From Conexivisphaerales archaeon (GTDB lineage: Archaea; Thermoproteota; Nitrososphaeria; Conexivisphaerales; DTJL01): 64,000 bases of DNA. Below the pieces are notes generated by a model. That model did not search any database and was not told the origin of the DNA. It saw nothing but the letters and a program-made list of their open reading frames with translations. This document shows positions 35,937 to 45,850 of this stretch, one piece after another (position 1 is the first letter of the stretch; every line of letters starts with the position of its first letter). A program made the position numbers and the translations under genes. The stretch covers positions 4,798 through 68,797 of the forward strand of contig DATKKG010000063.1 of assembly GCA_035543015.1 (NCBI GenBank), in the 5' to 3' direction.

Positions 35937-37060
35937 GCCAGCTTCCTCCTCCAGCCGTACAGCTCCGGGTCGTAAAACGGAGGGGGGTGTATTTCAGCTT
36001 TGCATTTCGTCCCCCGAACGTCTATGAAGAGCTCGGAGCCGGGCGCGACCGAGCTGGAGATGTAGCCAAGGGCGATGCCCCTTCTCACCAGGGGCGAAAA
36101 CGTGCCGCTGGTGACGAAGCCGACGTCGTCGCTGCCGAGGAGGACCCTCTGGTGGCTCCGCGGGATGGCGTTGTCGATGCAGGCGAGCCCCCTGAGGGTC
36201 TTCGCGGTTCCGCCGCTGAGCTGGCGGGCGTGGACCTCCTTGCCCAGGTAGCTCTCCTTGTTGACGTCGACGAACCTCGTAAGGCCCGCCTCTACGGGAG
36301 TGGTCTCCGCCGTAAGGTCGTTGCCGTACAGCGGGAGTCCCGCCTCGAGACGGAGAGTGTCCCGAGCCCCCAATCCGCAGGGCTTGGCCCCGAAGCCTGG
36401 GGCCTTCTCCATCAGTCTACTCCACATCAGGGCCGCGGCATGGGGGCTCTCCACCGTCACCCCCCGGAGCATCAGTTCGAAGCCGTCTTCGCCTGTATAG
36501 CCGGTCCGGGACGCCACAAGGTCGAGCCCTTCAAAACCGAAGTGGGCGAACCTGAACCTCTTGACCGAGGACAGGTCCAGGGAGAGAGCCTCCTTGATGA
36601 GCTCCGCGGAGCGCGGCCCCTGAACCGAGATCAGGCTAGACTCCGCGGTGAAGTCGACCAGCCTCACGTCGAAGCCCTTTGACCAGGTGACGAGCCATTC
36701 GTAGTCCTTGAGGTGGTTCGCCGCGTTGACGACCATGAGGAACTTCCCTGGAGACTCCTTGTAGGTGATCAGGTCGTCGATGACGCCGCCGTTCTCGTAG
36801 CAGATGAAGGTGTACTGAGCGCGGCCCGGCTCCGCCTTGGCCACGTCCACCGTCACCATCTTGTTGAGGAAGGCCTCCGCCTGCTTCCCCTCGATCAGGA
36901 AGCGAGCCATGTGCGAGACATCGAAGAACCCCGCGGAGTTCCTGACCGCAAGGTGCTCCGATATGATCGAGTCGAAGAGGAGTGGAAGGTCGTAGCCTGC
37001 GAACTCGGTGATCTTCGAATAGGATCTGTATTCTTCATAGAGCTGGGTCTTGGCTGCCAA
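35933..37060 (-). CDS. gcvT: Glycine cleavage system T protein (aminomethyltransferase)
   Basis: Motifs GFFDVSHMARF, GYTGEDGFEL and LGARDTLRLEAG. It overlaps gcvH by 4 nt. Confidence 0.85.
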   Translation of the reverse strand: MAAKTQLYEEYRSYSKITEFAGYDLPLLFDSIISEHLAVRNSAGFFDVSHMARFLIEGKQAEAFLNKMVTVDVAKAEPGRAQYTFICYENGGVIDDLITYKESPGKFLMVVNAANHLKDYEWLVTWSKGFDVRLVDFTAESSLISVQGPRSAELIKEALSLDLSSVKRFRFAHFGFEGLDLVASRTGYTGEDGFELMLRGVTVESPHAAALMWSRLMEKAPGFGAKPCGLGARDTLRLEAGLPLYGNDLTAETTPVEAGLTRFVDVNKESYLGKEVHARQLSGGTAKTLRGLACIDNAIPRSHQRVLLGSDDVGFVTSGTFSPLVRRGIALGYISSSVAPGSELFIDVRGTKCKAEIHPPPFYDPELYGWRRKLA

Positions 37061-37165
37061 AGGGCTCGGAGCGAGCTAGCTCAGCAGATGTTATAAGGAT
37101 AGCTCGATGAGAGTGGTTCGGAAGTGGGCCGGCGAGTGCTGTTCATCCCTCTGAAGTGCAGGAGG

Positions 37166-37906
37166 ATGACGGGACCGTTCCGGTTCCTGGTGGAGCTGAC
37201 CAGGAGCCTGGAGGAGAACGGCCAGCGGCTTCTGGACGGGGACATCCTGGTCCTCTCCGGCAAGTACCTCGCCATGGCCGAAGGAAGGTACGTCGACCTC
37301 GGCCGCGTCGTCCCGCTTGGCGACGCGAGGGAGTGCGCTTCGAGGTACGGCATGAGCCCGGCGCTGGCGGAGACGGTGCTCCGGGAGTCCGACATGGTGC
37401 TGAAGGGACTTCGTGGTTTCCTGCTCACCGTCAAGGACGGCTTCTTCGCTCCGAACGCCGGGGTGGACAAGTCGAACGTGTGGAAGGGCTGGGCGATCCT
37501 TCATCCCAGCGACGGGTCGGCCCTTTCGGCGAGGATCAGGAGGGAGATGCTTGTGGCCTTCGGGAAGCGAGTGGGGGTCGTGGTCACGGACAGCCGGCTT
37601 CAGCCCCTGAGGAGGGGCACGGTGGGGACATCGATAGGCTTCTCGGGCTTCGACGGCGTGGCCGACGACAGGGGAAGGAAGGACCTGTTCGGCAACAGGC
37701 TCAAGGTCACGAGGAGGGCCGTGGCTGACGACCTCTCCAGCGCGGCGGAGCTGCTCATGGGGGAGTCCGACGAAAGCGTCCCGGTCGTGATAGCCCGGGA
37801 CACGGGGATAGCGCTCTCAGACGAGGACAGCTTCGATGTCTCCGTCCCGGCCGACGAATGCATCTTCGTCAGAGGGCTTTCGGGCTTCGTGCCCGAGAAG
37901 CCCTAG
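37166..37906 (+). CDS. cofE: Coenzyme F420:L-glutamate ligase
   Basis: Motifs DGDILVLSGKYLAMAEGR, NAGVDKSN and VVVTDS. I prefer the ATG at 37166, preceded by AGGAGG. Confidence 0.7.
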   Translation: MTGPFRFLVELTRSLEENGQRLLDGDILVLSGKYLAMAEGRYVDLGRVVPLGDARECASRYGMSPALAETVLRESDMVLKGLRGFLLTVKDGFFAPNAGVDKSNVWKGWAILHPSDGSALSARIRREMLVAFGKRVGVVVTDSRLQPLRRGTVGTSIGFSGFDGVADDRGRKDLFGNRLKVTRRAVADDLSSAAELLMGESDESVPVVIARDTGIALSDEDSFDVSVPADECIFVRGLSGFVPEKP

Positions 37907-38598
37907 GTCTGAGCCTGCTTGGCGCCGATGTGCTGCTTGAACTTCAAGGCGTCGGCGTACATCGCTACCGAGTGGAACGCGAAATAGGCCTTCTTGGAGC
38001 CGGAGGAGGCAGCCCTCTCCTCAACCCTATCAAGGTCTTCCGCCGCGAAGTGATACATGTTGTGTTTCCCCAGCCCGAAGAGGCGGGTGTAGAGCACGTC
38101 GTCCCCGGCGAGGGGAGATGACCGGCTGAGGTCGGTCACCTGGATGATGCCGACGGAGCGCAGAAGCGAAGGTGCCGAGGGGGCATCCATGTGGCGCATC
38201 TCCCATGCGAGCCGGACGGATGCCTCCCTCGTCCTGTCGACCAGGCGCCCCAGCAGACTCTCCGAGACCTCTCCGGGATCGAACGTCGAAGGGGTCTGGA
38301 GGACGAGAATCATGGAGTCCAGGGTGTCGCAGACCCCCGTCATGTAATCGATCAGATGGTCGAGCCTTTCCCTGTCTCCGCGACGGAGGGCTTCGTTGAC
38401 CTCCCTGCTGCACTTCACCGAGAACTCGAAGCCGGGAGGGACGACCTCCCGCCACCTGGCGACCGTGCCAAGGGGGACGTGACTATAGTATGTGGAGTTG
38501 ACCTCCACGAAGTCGAAGAGCCTGGAATACGCCTTCAGCTTGTCGGCCGTTACGATCGGGAAATACTGCCACCCGCCGGTGCCGATGCGGAACTCCAC
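37903..38598 (-). CDS. DUF72 (UPF0759) family protein
   Basis: IGTGGWQYFP start motif. TIM-barrel-sized protein (231 aa). Confidence 0.65.
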   Translation of the reverse strand: MEFRIGTGGWQYFPIVTADKLKAYSRLFDFVEVNSTYYSHVPLGTVARWREVVPPGFEFSVKCSREVNEALRRGDRERLDHLIDYMTGVCDTLDSMILVLQTPSTFDPGEVSESLLGRLVDRTREASVRLAWEMRHMDAPSAPSLLRSVGIIQVTDLSRSSPLAGDDVLYTRLFGLGKHNMYHFAAEDLDRVEERAASSGSKKAYFAFHSVAMYADALKFKQHIGAKQAQT

Positions 38599-38635
38599 GA
38601 TATGTTAAGAAGCCTCTAACGGTATTTAACGGGCG

Positions 38636-39454
38636 ATGCCTCTCCGAATGGGCACCTGCGGCTGGAGCTATGACGAATGGCTGGGAGTCTTCTATCCCAG
38701 CAAGGACACCCCCAAGCTCTCCTACTATTCGAAGGTGTTCAAGACCGCCGAAGTCGACAGCACCTTCTACGACTACCCCAACGAAAAGGTGGTCTTCGGG
38801 TGGTCCAAGTACAGCCCCCTCGACTTTCAGTTCAGCCTGAAGGTTCCCCAGCTCATCACGCACAAGAAGCGTCTCAGCCTACGATTGGGAGTGGAGTCCG
38901 ACCTGGATAGGTTCCTCAACCTGCTGAAGCCGCTCTCCTCGCTCAACAAGATCGGGGTCCTGCTCGTCCAGCTCCCTCCGAGCCTTTCCTCCGACCTGGA
39001 GCTCCTCGAGTCGTTCCTGAGGGTGCTCCCCGCCGACGTCTTCAACTTCGCCATCGAGTTCAGGCATGAATCGTGGTGGAACGAGGAGACGTGGAAGCTG
39101 CTCAGGAAGTACAGGGTCGCCAACACCACGGTGGACGAGCCGCTGCTGCCGCCCGAAATCGTCAGGACGGCGGACTTCACGTACGTGAGGTGGCACGGCC
39201 TGGGAAAGCGGGTCTGGTACGACTACCGTTACTCCAAGGAGCAGATATCGGAGTGGGTGCCGAAGCTGAAGGAGGCCTTGGCCAGCTCGAAGGAGGTGTA
39301 CGGGTACTGGAACAACCACTTCCACGGCTACGCCGTGCTGAACGGCCTCGAGGCGATCGAGCTGATGGGGATGATGACGCCGGAACAGAAGGAGGCGCTC
39401 GCTTCGGTCACGGCGAGGGTGGACGGCAGGCAGAAGGGCATCCTGGATTACTAG
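38636..39454 (+). CDS. DUF72 (UPF0759) family protein, paralogue
   Basis: Motifs MGTCGWSYDEWLGVFYP, FEFRHESW and VYGYWNNH. Confidence 0.7.
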   Translation: MPLRMGTCGWSYDEWLGVFYPSKDTPKLSYYSKVFKTAEVDSTFYDYPNEKVVFGWSKYSPLDFQFSLKVPQLITHKKRLSLRLGVESDLDRFLNLLKPLSSLNKIGVLLVQLPPSLSSDLELLESFLRVLPADVFNFAIEFRHESWWNEETWKLLRKYRVANTTVDEPLLPPEIVRTADFTYVRWHGLGKRVWYDYRYSKEQISEWVPKLKEALASSKEVYGYWNNHFHGYAVLNGLEAIELMGMMTPEQKEALASVTARVDGRQKGILDY

Positions 39455-39542
39455 CCTTCTGCAGAGGCGGCTCTCGACCGGTTCAGAACCCAAAGGGATA
39501 AATATCATTTCACGGCGTTCCAGATTCGAGCCTGGTGTTTCA

Positions 39543-41189
39543 TTGAGCAGGTGGATCGTCGGCTCCGCGTGGCCGTACATCAACGGGACCCCCCACCTAG
39601 GCACTTTCATGCACCTGCTGTCGGCCGACGTCTATGCTCGATATCTCAGGATGAAGGGGGAAGAGGTCGTGTCGGTGTCGGGCTCCGACGAGCACGGCAC
39701 GCCCATCGAAGTGGAAGCCACGAAGCTGGGGATAAGCCCCCGGGCGCTGACCGATAGGAACCACGCGGGCGTCGTGGCCCTCCTGAAGCAGTACATGGTC
39801 GAGCTGGACAACTACACCAGGACCGAGTCGCCCACTCACACCGAGTTCGCACGAGATTTCTACATGGAGGTCTACCGGAACGGCTACGTTTCGACGGAGT
39901 CGGTCCCGCTTCCGTACTGCCCGAGGGACGAAAGGTTCCTTCCGGACAGGTTCGTGGAGGGGGTCTGCCCCTTCTGCGGCTACGACGGCGCCAGAGGCGA
40001 CCAATGCGACAACTGCGGGCGCCTGCTGGAGCCCGTAGAGCTGAAGAGCCCGAGGTGCGCCATCTGCGGCGCCACGCCCGTCATCAAGGAGTCCCGCCAC
40101 TGGATCTTCGAGCTTCCGAAGTTCAGCGGAAGGCTGAAGACGTACATCGACTCGTGTACCCAGTTCCCTGAGAACGCGAGGAACTTCTCCTACAAGTGGC
40201 TGGAGGAGGGGCTGAGGCCCAGGCCCCTCACCAGGGACAACAAGTGGGGCATCCCCGCGCCCTTCCCCGGGGCGGAGGGGAAGACCATCTACGTCTGGAT
40301 GGAGGCCGTCCTGGGGTACCTGTCTGCAACGAAGGAGTGGGCCGAAAGGAAGGGGGACCCCGCAGCCTTCGACAGGTTCTGGAAGGGGGCCGACACCAGG
40401 ACTGTCATCTTCATGGGGAAAGACAACATCCCGTTCCACACGATCATCCTTCCGGCGCTGCTGATGGCCTCGGACCAGGGCTACGTTCTCCCCTGGCAGG
40501 TCTCATCGACGGAGTTCATACTGTTCGAGGGCCAGAAGTTCTCAAAGAGCAAGAACATCGGCATATGGATGGACCAGGCGGCCAAGATCGCCGATCCCGA
40601 GTACTGGAGGTTCGTCCTGATGTCCATCAGGCCCCAGAGCAAGGACGCCAACTTCGGTTGGGCGGAGCTGGACAGGATAGTCAACAGCGACCTGAACGAC
40701 GTGGTGGGCAACTACGTGCACAGGACGCTGACCTTCCTGAAGAACAACTTCAGCTCAGCGGTGCCTGAGCCGGGACCCCTCGGCGACGAGGAGAGGGCGC
40801 TCCTTGCGTCGGCGAACGAACACGGAGACAGGTATCTCAGGCTCATGGACTGCTTTGACATCAAGGAGGCGCTGAAGCAGGTCGTCGAGCTGGCGAGGAA
40901 GGGGAACGAGTTCATAAGCGTGAAGGAGCCATGGGCTCAGGTCAAGAGGGACCGCATGGCAGCCGCGGCGACGCTCTACTGCGCCTGCGAAGTCGTCTAC
41001 AGCGTCGCCCTGATGCTGTACCCGTTCATGCCGAAGTCCTCGTCTCTCCTCTGCGGGATGCTGGGGCTGCCCTCGGACCCGGTCAAGGAGGGATTCGGGA
41101 GGCTGGGGACGGCCGCCCTGGAGCCGGGCCACAGGCTGGGCAGCCCGTCTCCCCTGTTCGCCAAGATCAAGGTCCCTGAGGGCGACTGA
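39543..41189 (+). CDS. metG: Methionine--tRNA ligase
   Basis: Motifs PYINGTPHLGT (HIGH) and KFSKSKN (KMSKS), plus a CPFCG..CDNCG zinc knuckle. TTG start. Confidence 0.9.
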   Translation: MSRWIVGSAWPYINGTPHLGTFMHLLSADVYARYLRMKGEEVVSVSGSDEHGTPIEVEATKLGISPRALTDRNHAGVVALLKQYMVELDNYTRTESPTHTEFARDFYMEVYRNGYVSTESVPLPYCPRDERFLPDRFVEGVCPFCGYDGARGDQCDNCGRLLEPVELKSPRCAICGATPVIKESRHWIFELPKFSGRLKTYIDSCTQFPENARNFSYKWLEEGLRPRPLTRDNKWGIPAPFPGAEGKTIYVWMEAVLGYLSATKEWAERKGDPAAFDRFWKGADTRTVIFMGKDNIPFHTIILPALLMASDQGYVLPWQVSSTEFILFEGQKFSKSKNIGIWMDQAAKIADPEYWRFVLMSIRPQSKDANFGWAELDRIVNSDLNDVVGNYVHRTLTFLKNNFSSAVPEPGPLGDEERALLASANEHGDRYLRLMDCFDIKEALKQVVELARKGNEFISVKEPWAQVKRDRMAAAATLYCACEVVYSVALMLYPFMPKSSSLLCGMLGLPSDPVKEGFGRLGTAALEPGHRLGSPSPLFAKIKVPEGD

Positions 41190-41235
41190 CAACCGAGATA
41201 CCTTTTTTAGAAGCTTTGGCACGATTCGACCTCAC

Positions 41236-42174
41236 ATGTCAGAGAAATTGCATGTTCCCATCCTAGTGATTGGGAGCGGCCCCGCCGGCCTCACGGCGGC
41301 CGTCTATGCGGCCCGGGCCGGGTACTTGCCATACGTCATCGGCGGCTACGAGTTCGGGGGACAGCTCATGCTGACGACGGCCGTGGAGAACTACACCGGC
41401 TTCCCCGACGGCGTGCTGGGGCCCGACCTCATGGCCAACATGAGGAAGCAGGCCGAGAACAACGGCGCGAAGATGGTGGACCGCAACGTCACCAGGGTGG
41501 ACTTCTCCACGAAGCCCTTCAGGGTCTGGGTGGAAGACACGGAGTACACCGCAGATGCGGTGATCGTGGCGACGGGCGCGTCGGCGAAGTGGCTGGGCTT
41601 CGAGTCCGAGAATAGGTTCAAGGGCAGGGGGGTGTCAAGCTGCGCGGTCTGCGACGGCGCCTTCTTCAAGGGACAGGACCTAGTGGTGGTGGGAGGGGGC
41701 GACGTGGCGATGGAGGACTCCCTGTACCTCTCCAAGCTCGCCAGGTCGGTGACAGTGATCCACAGGAGGGACAAGCTCAGGGCCTCCCACGTAATGCAGC
41801 GGAGGGCCATGGCCGCCCCCAACATACGTTTCGTCTGGGATTCGGTCGTCGAAGAGGTGTTGGGTGACAGGAAGGTGGAAGGGGTTAAGGTGAGGAACCT
41901 GAAGACCGGGGAGGCGAGCACGATCAGATGCGGAGGCCTCTTCGTCTCCATCGGGCATTCGCCCAACACGTCCATCTTCAAGGACCAGATAGAACTGGAC
42001 AAGGCGGGATACGCGGTGGCTAAGGAGAGGACCATGTCCAGCAGGGAGGGAGTCTTCCTTGCCGGAGACGTCGCTGACCACATCTACAGGCAGGCCATCA
42101 CCGCGGCCGGCTCGGGTTGCCAGGCGGCGCTCGACGCCGTCAGGTACCTAGAGGCTGAGAAGGACCGTCAGTAG
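41236..42174 (+). CDS. trxB: Thioredoxin-disulfide reductase
   Basis: Motifs IGSGPAG, CAVCDG and GGGDVAMED. Confidence 0.9.
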   Translation: MSEKLHVPILVIGSGPAGLTAAVYAARAGYLPYVIGGYEFGGQLMLTTAVENYTGFPDGVLGPDLMANMRKQAENNGAKMVDRNVTRVDFSTKPFRVWVEDTEYTADAVIVATGASAKWLGFESENRFKGRGVSSCAVCDGAFFKGQDLVVVGGGDVAMEDSLYLSKLARSVTVIHRRDKLRASHVMQRRAMAAPNIRFVWDSVVEEVLGDRKVEGVKVRNLKTGEASTIRCGGLFVSIGHSPNTSIFKDQIELDKAGYAVAKERTMSSREGVFLAGDVADHIYRQAITAAGSGCQAALDAVRYLEAEKDRQ

Positions 42175-43283
42175 AAGCTGGACAGTTCCGTCTGCCCGGC
42201 CGTGCTCCTCAGAGAGGAGACCCTGACGCTCAGCCTCCTGGCAACAAGGTCGGGCTCCTCTTCGAATAGCTCCGCCAGGAGCTCGCGTGCAACCTTCACA
42301 ATCGCATCGACCCCCCTCTCCTCGCTCTTCAGGGAGCGGCTCCTGCTGTGGGCCTTGAGGATGGCGTTGTCTATCACGACCACGCCGACGCTCTTGTAGG
42401 ACAGCCTGGCCTCTGCCAGCTCATCCGCGATCTCCGTCGCCATCGCCGCAAGAGGTCCTACGATGGCCGCTACGTCCCTGGTGTCCTCCTTGAGGGTCAC
42501 CATCCGGCCCACCTGCTCCCTCTTCCAGTCGGAAAGGGGCTGGTCGTCGGTGCCCTTCGAGGCCAGGAAGAAGTAGAGCCCGAGCTTCCTGCCGAACTCC
42601 TTCTGCAGCTCCTCCAGCGGCAGCCTGGAGAGGTCCGCGATGGTCTTCGCGCCGAGCTTCTCCAGCCTGTCGGCGGTCTTCTTGCCCACGCCGTACAGCT
42701 TGTCGACGGGCATGGAGCCGAACTGATCCAGGAATTCCCCCTCCCTGACCACGAGGAGGCCGTTGGGCTTCGACTTGTCGCTGGCCATCTTGGCGACGAG
42801 CTTGTTCGGACCCACTCCGACGCTGCACGTGAGCCCCACGTCCTTAAGGACGGCCTCCTTCATCTTCAGCGCAAGCTTGGCGGCGGCATCGTAGTCGCCT
42901 CCCGTCTTCGAGCTGACATCCAGGTACGCCTCATCGATGCTTTCAGGCGACATCCTGTCCGACACATCTTCCAGGACCTCCATGACCCTGCCGGAGACCT
43001 CGTCGTAGTACTTGAAGTCGGGAGGGAGGAAGAAGGCTTCCACGTCCTTCAGGAGCTCCTTGGCGCGGAATATCGGGATGCCGGAGCGAACGCCGTATCC
43101 CCTGGCGACGTAGTTACAGGTCGCGACGGCTCCGCTGTCCTCGGTCCTGCCGGAGAACATGCAGATTACGACGGGCTTGGACCTGAGTGAAGGGTTCCTG
43201 AGCTCCTCGCACTGGGCGTAGAAGTAATCCATGTCCACGGCCGCTATCACCCGCGCCGGCTTCGGGGGAGGCCCGCCAGACAA
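42168..43283 (-). CDS. Y-family DNA polymerase IV (Dpo4/Dbh type)
   Basis: Motifs IAAVDMDYFYAQCEE, SIDEAYLDV and VGVGPNKLVAKMAS. TTG start. Confidence 0.85.
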   Translation of the reverse strand: MSGGPPPKPARVIAAVDMDYFYAQCEELRNPSLRSKPVVICMFSGRTEDSGAVATCNYVARGYGVRSGIPIFRAKELLKDVEAFFLPPDFKYYDEVSGRVMEVLEDVSDRMSPESIDEAYLDVSSKTGGDYDAAAKLALKMKEAVLKDVGLTCSVGVGPNKLVAKMASDKSKPNGLLVVREGEFLDQFGSMPVDKLYGVGKKTADRLEKLGAKTIADLSRLPLEELQKEFGRKLGLYFFLASKGTDDQPLSDWKREQVGRMVTLKEDTRDVAAIVGPLAAMATEIADELAEARLSYKSVGVVVIDNAILKAHSRSRSLKSEERGVDAIVKVARELLAELFEEEPDLVARRLSVRVSSLRSTAGQTELSSFY

Positions 43284-43336
43284 CCCGTTGCGCTTCTACA
43301 GGACCTTGGTATTATAACCTTAGGCGGCCGCTCAAT

Positions 43337-43348
43337 AAGCTAAATAAC
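43337..43348 (+). promoter_or_regulatory. TATA-like box for tRNA-Leu(UAG)
   Basis: AAGCTAAATAAC, centred about 28 nt upstream of position 43372. Confidence 0.5.
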
Positions 43349-43371
43349 TTCGCAGGTGAAGCTCACTCGTC

Positions 43372-43456
43372 GCGGGGGTCGCCCAGCCTGGCCAAAGGCG
43401 TCGGGCTTAGGACCCGATCTCGTAGGAGTTCGTGGGTTCGAATCCCACCCCCCGCA
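43372..43456 (+). tRNA. tRNA-Leu(UAG), long variable arm
   Basis: GCGGGGG UC GCCC..GGC G UCGGG CUUAGGA CCCGA UCUCGUAGGAGUUC GUGGG UUCGAAU CCCAC CCCCCGC A. The following sequence is CCT, so CCA is not fully encoded. Confidence 0.9.
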
Positions 43457-43510
43457 CCTTCAATCTGGCGGACTTGCGCATCACGACTCCCTGCCGGCAC
43501 GAGGACGCCC

Positions 43511-44500
43511 CTAGCTGATACGCCCGGAGGCTTTCAGCACCCTCAAGGCGTTCAGGGTTATCATTTCGTTCGGTCCGCCCCTCCCCCAGTCGACGATATC
43601 CACGTTCGCAGCCATCCTTCTTTGGTCGCCCGACTCCTTGAACGGCGTCCAGTAGTAGCCCTCCGCGTGCCAGACCCCGTCGGCACGTCGCTTTCCTTCC
43701 ACGATGTCCAGCGCCTCCTTGGTTCTCGGGTCTCCCAGCTTCCCCGCCATCGAGATGATCCTGAGCGCCTGAAGGATGTCGTAGTGCCAGTATAGCGGAT
43801 AGTGCAGGGCAAGGAGCTCTTCCTTGATCACCTTCCCCGTCCTGTGCGAACGGAAGAGCCTGTGAGAAAGGAAGAACTCAGCTGCCCTCTCTTTCGCCCT
43901 TGCCGCTTCACGATCACCTGTGGCCATCACGTACAGGGAAACCCCCCACAGGGTGGAGAGGCTCTCCGCGAACGAAGAATGGTGGGCTTCGGGCTTCTTG
44001 TCGCAGTTCCAGCCTCCGTCAGGCCACTGCCATTTCGCGAGCGACTCGGCCAACAGCTTGACCCTCGGGTCTTCGGCGAGCCCGAGATAGCTGCAGACCC
44101 CAAGAGCGTTTCCTTCCTGCGACGCGCATCTCCTTGTAAGGCCGTTGATGACCTTGATGCCGGCCCTATGCCCGTCCCCTGTCAACCAGTCGAGAACCAG
44201 ATCGGTAGCCTCAACCGCGGGCCCGTAGCCCCGAGGAATCGCCAGCTCGACTAGGGAGACGAGCCTCCAATGCGCACCAGTCCACTTCTGGTAGGGGTGG
44301 ACACCAAAGCCGCCGTCAGACCTCTGCCCGGACAGGAGCAACCGGACTTTGGGGCCCTTCGGAATCAGCTTGCAAGCGGCAAGGGCCTCCCGCGAATCCC
44401 TTGGGTAGCCGAGCACGTCGACCAACGTCAAGTAGCGAACAGAAGGGTCTGGCGATCTCTCTAGCCATTTCACAGCGGGGTCGTCGGCGATCTTTCCCAT
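43511..44500 (-). CDS. Hypothetical protein, possibly an alpha/alpha-toroid (prenyltransferase/squalene-oxidase-repeat-like) fold
   Basis: 329-aa ORF with repeated ..DGG[FW]G/N.. segments (QRSDGGFGVHPY, WPDGGWNCD, RADGVWHAE). The assignment is tentative. Confidence 0.35.
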   Translation of the reverse strand: MGKIADDPAVKWLERSPDPSVRYLTLVDVLGYPRDSREALAACKLIPKGPKVRLLLSGQRSDGGFGVHPYQKWTGAHWRLVSLVELAIPRGYGPAVEATDLVLDWLTGDGHRAGIKVINGLTRRCASQEGNALGVCSYLGLAEDPRVKLLAESLAKWQWPDGGWNCDKKPEAHHSSFAESLSTLWGVSLYVMATGDREAARAKERAAEFFLSHRLFRSHRTGKVIKEELLALHYPLYWHYDILQALRIISMAGKLGDPRTKEALDIVEGKRRADGVWHAEGYYWTPFKESGDQRRMAANVDIVDWGRGGPNEMITLNALRVLKASGRIS

Positions 44501-44603
44501 GGGGGCCGATCACTCCTGAGCCCTCTGACCCTTAAATCCGTAGTGTATCTCTGGCGCAGTGGTCAACGTGGCTAGACGGGCTTGCGGTCGTGGAGGCTGG
44601 CCT

Positions 44604-45767
44604 CTATTCCGCCCTGGAGCGGAGAGACGCCCCTCCGGCCAGCAGGAGCAGGACCAATGGGATCAGCGGCAAGGTTCCGACGAGCCCCCATCCGAAGCTC
44701 CAGGAGATGGTCGAGGCGAGGGACAGCATCGGTGCCACCCACATGCCGATGAGCATGTGGAAGGTGTTGACGAGGGCAAGGGAGGCAGTGGGGTCGCTGT
44801 CCCGCAGGTCCACAAGGAAGGCGTACATCATGGAGATGCCGAAGTCGTTGAAGAACCCCACGGTCACAAGCGCGAGGACGATGGCGTCCACCCTGCCGGT
44901 CCCGATCAGGACGGCCGGGAGTATGGCGGGGACCGCGCACGCGGCGAGGAGGAGCCGCTTCCTCCTGAACCTGCCATAGAAGACGCTCATGAAGCTCCCC
45001 AGGATGCTCGGGAAGAGCAGGATGGAGGAGGTCAACCCCGAGATCGAGACCGAGGCTCCGAGGGCCAGCTGCTCGTACGACGGAAGGAGCTGACCGATGG
45101 CGAAGTAGGAGCCCCAGACGCCCGTGTACGCGAGCCCGGTGGCCACCACGACCCTGTTCCGCAGGGTCGGGCCGATGCCGGTGAGCCTAGGTGCGGGGAG
45201 GTACCTTTCGTTCCACACCGCGAGCATGTTCAGTCCGGCCATCGCGACGGCCGTCAATCCGCCGAGCTCCGTGGCGAGCTGCCATCCCAGGAGCTGGTCG
45301 AAGACGCCCCAGACGAGGCCCAGCCCCCCGCCCATCGCGAAGAAGGCGTTGTAGAGGCCCATCACCGTGCCCGGCTTGGCAGGGTAGAGGCTGGAGAGGG
45401 CGCCCCCCGCGGAGGCGAAGAACAGGGCGGCGCCGACCCCGGAGATCACCCGTGTGAAGAACAGCCAGAACGTGGAGACGTACAGGGGCAGGAGCATGTT
45501 GCCCAGGGCCAGCAGGAACAGGCCTATGATGTAGGTACGCGTGGGGCCGAACCGCTGGGCCACGTACACCGAGGGTATCTGGGCGATGCCTGCGGCCCCG
45601 AAGAAGGCCACGGGTATCAAGCCGAGGAGGCTGGTCGGAACGTGCCCTTGGGAGGCGATCTGGGGAAGGGCGGGCGAGATGAGGAACCACTGGAGGCTGT
45701 AAGTGAGCCTACCCGCAAGTATGAGGGCCGCCTTGAAGCCCCTGTCTCCGGTGGTAGCCTGCATCAT
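44604..45767 (-). CDS. MFS transporter
   Basis: About 12 hydrophobic segments and a central RFRRKR loop. Confidence 0.7.
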   Translation of the reverse strand: MMQATTGDRGFKAALILAGRLTYSLQWFLISPALPQIASQGHVPTSLLGLIPVAFFGAAGIAQIPSVYVAQRFGPTRTYIIGLFLLALGNMLLPLYVSTFWLFFTRVISGVGAALFFASAGGALSSLYPAKPGTVMGLYNAFFAMGGGLGLVWGVFDQLLGWQLATELGGLTAVAMAGLNMLAVWNERYLPAPRLTGIGPTLRNRVVVATGLAYTGVWGSYFAIGQLLPSYEQLALGASVSISGLTSSILLFPSILGSFMSVFYGRFRRKRLLLAACAVPAILPAVLIGTGRVDAIVLALVTVGFFNDFGISMMYAFLVDLRDSDPTASLALVNTFHMLIGMWVAPMLSLASTISWSFGWGLVGTLPLIPLVLLLLAGGASLRSRAE

Positions 45768-45850
45768 CGGGCTGACGTTTCCTCACGGCTCGCGGGGGCA
45801 TATATAAGCGCTAAAAGCCTTTTATCGCAAAGGGGGAGGAACGAACTTGT

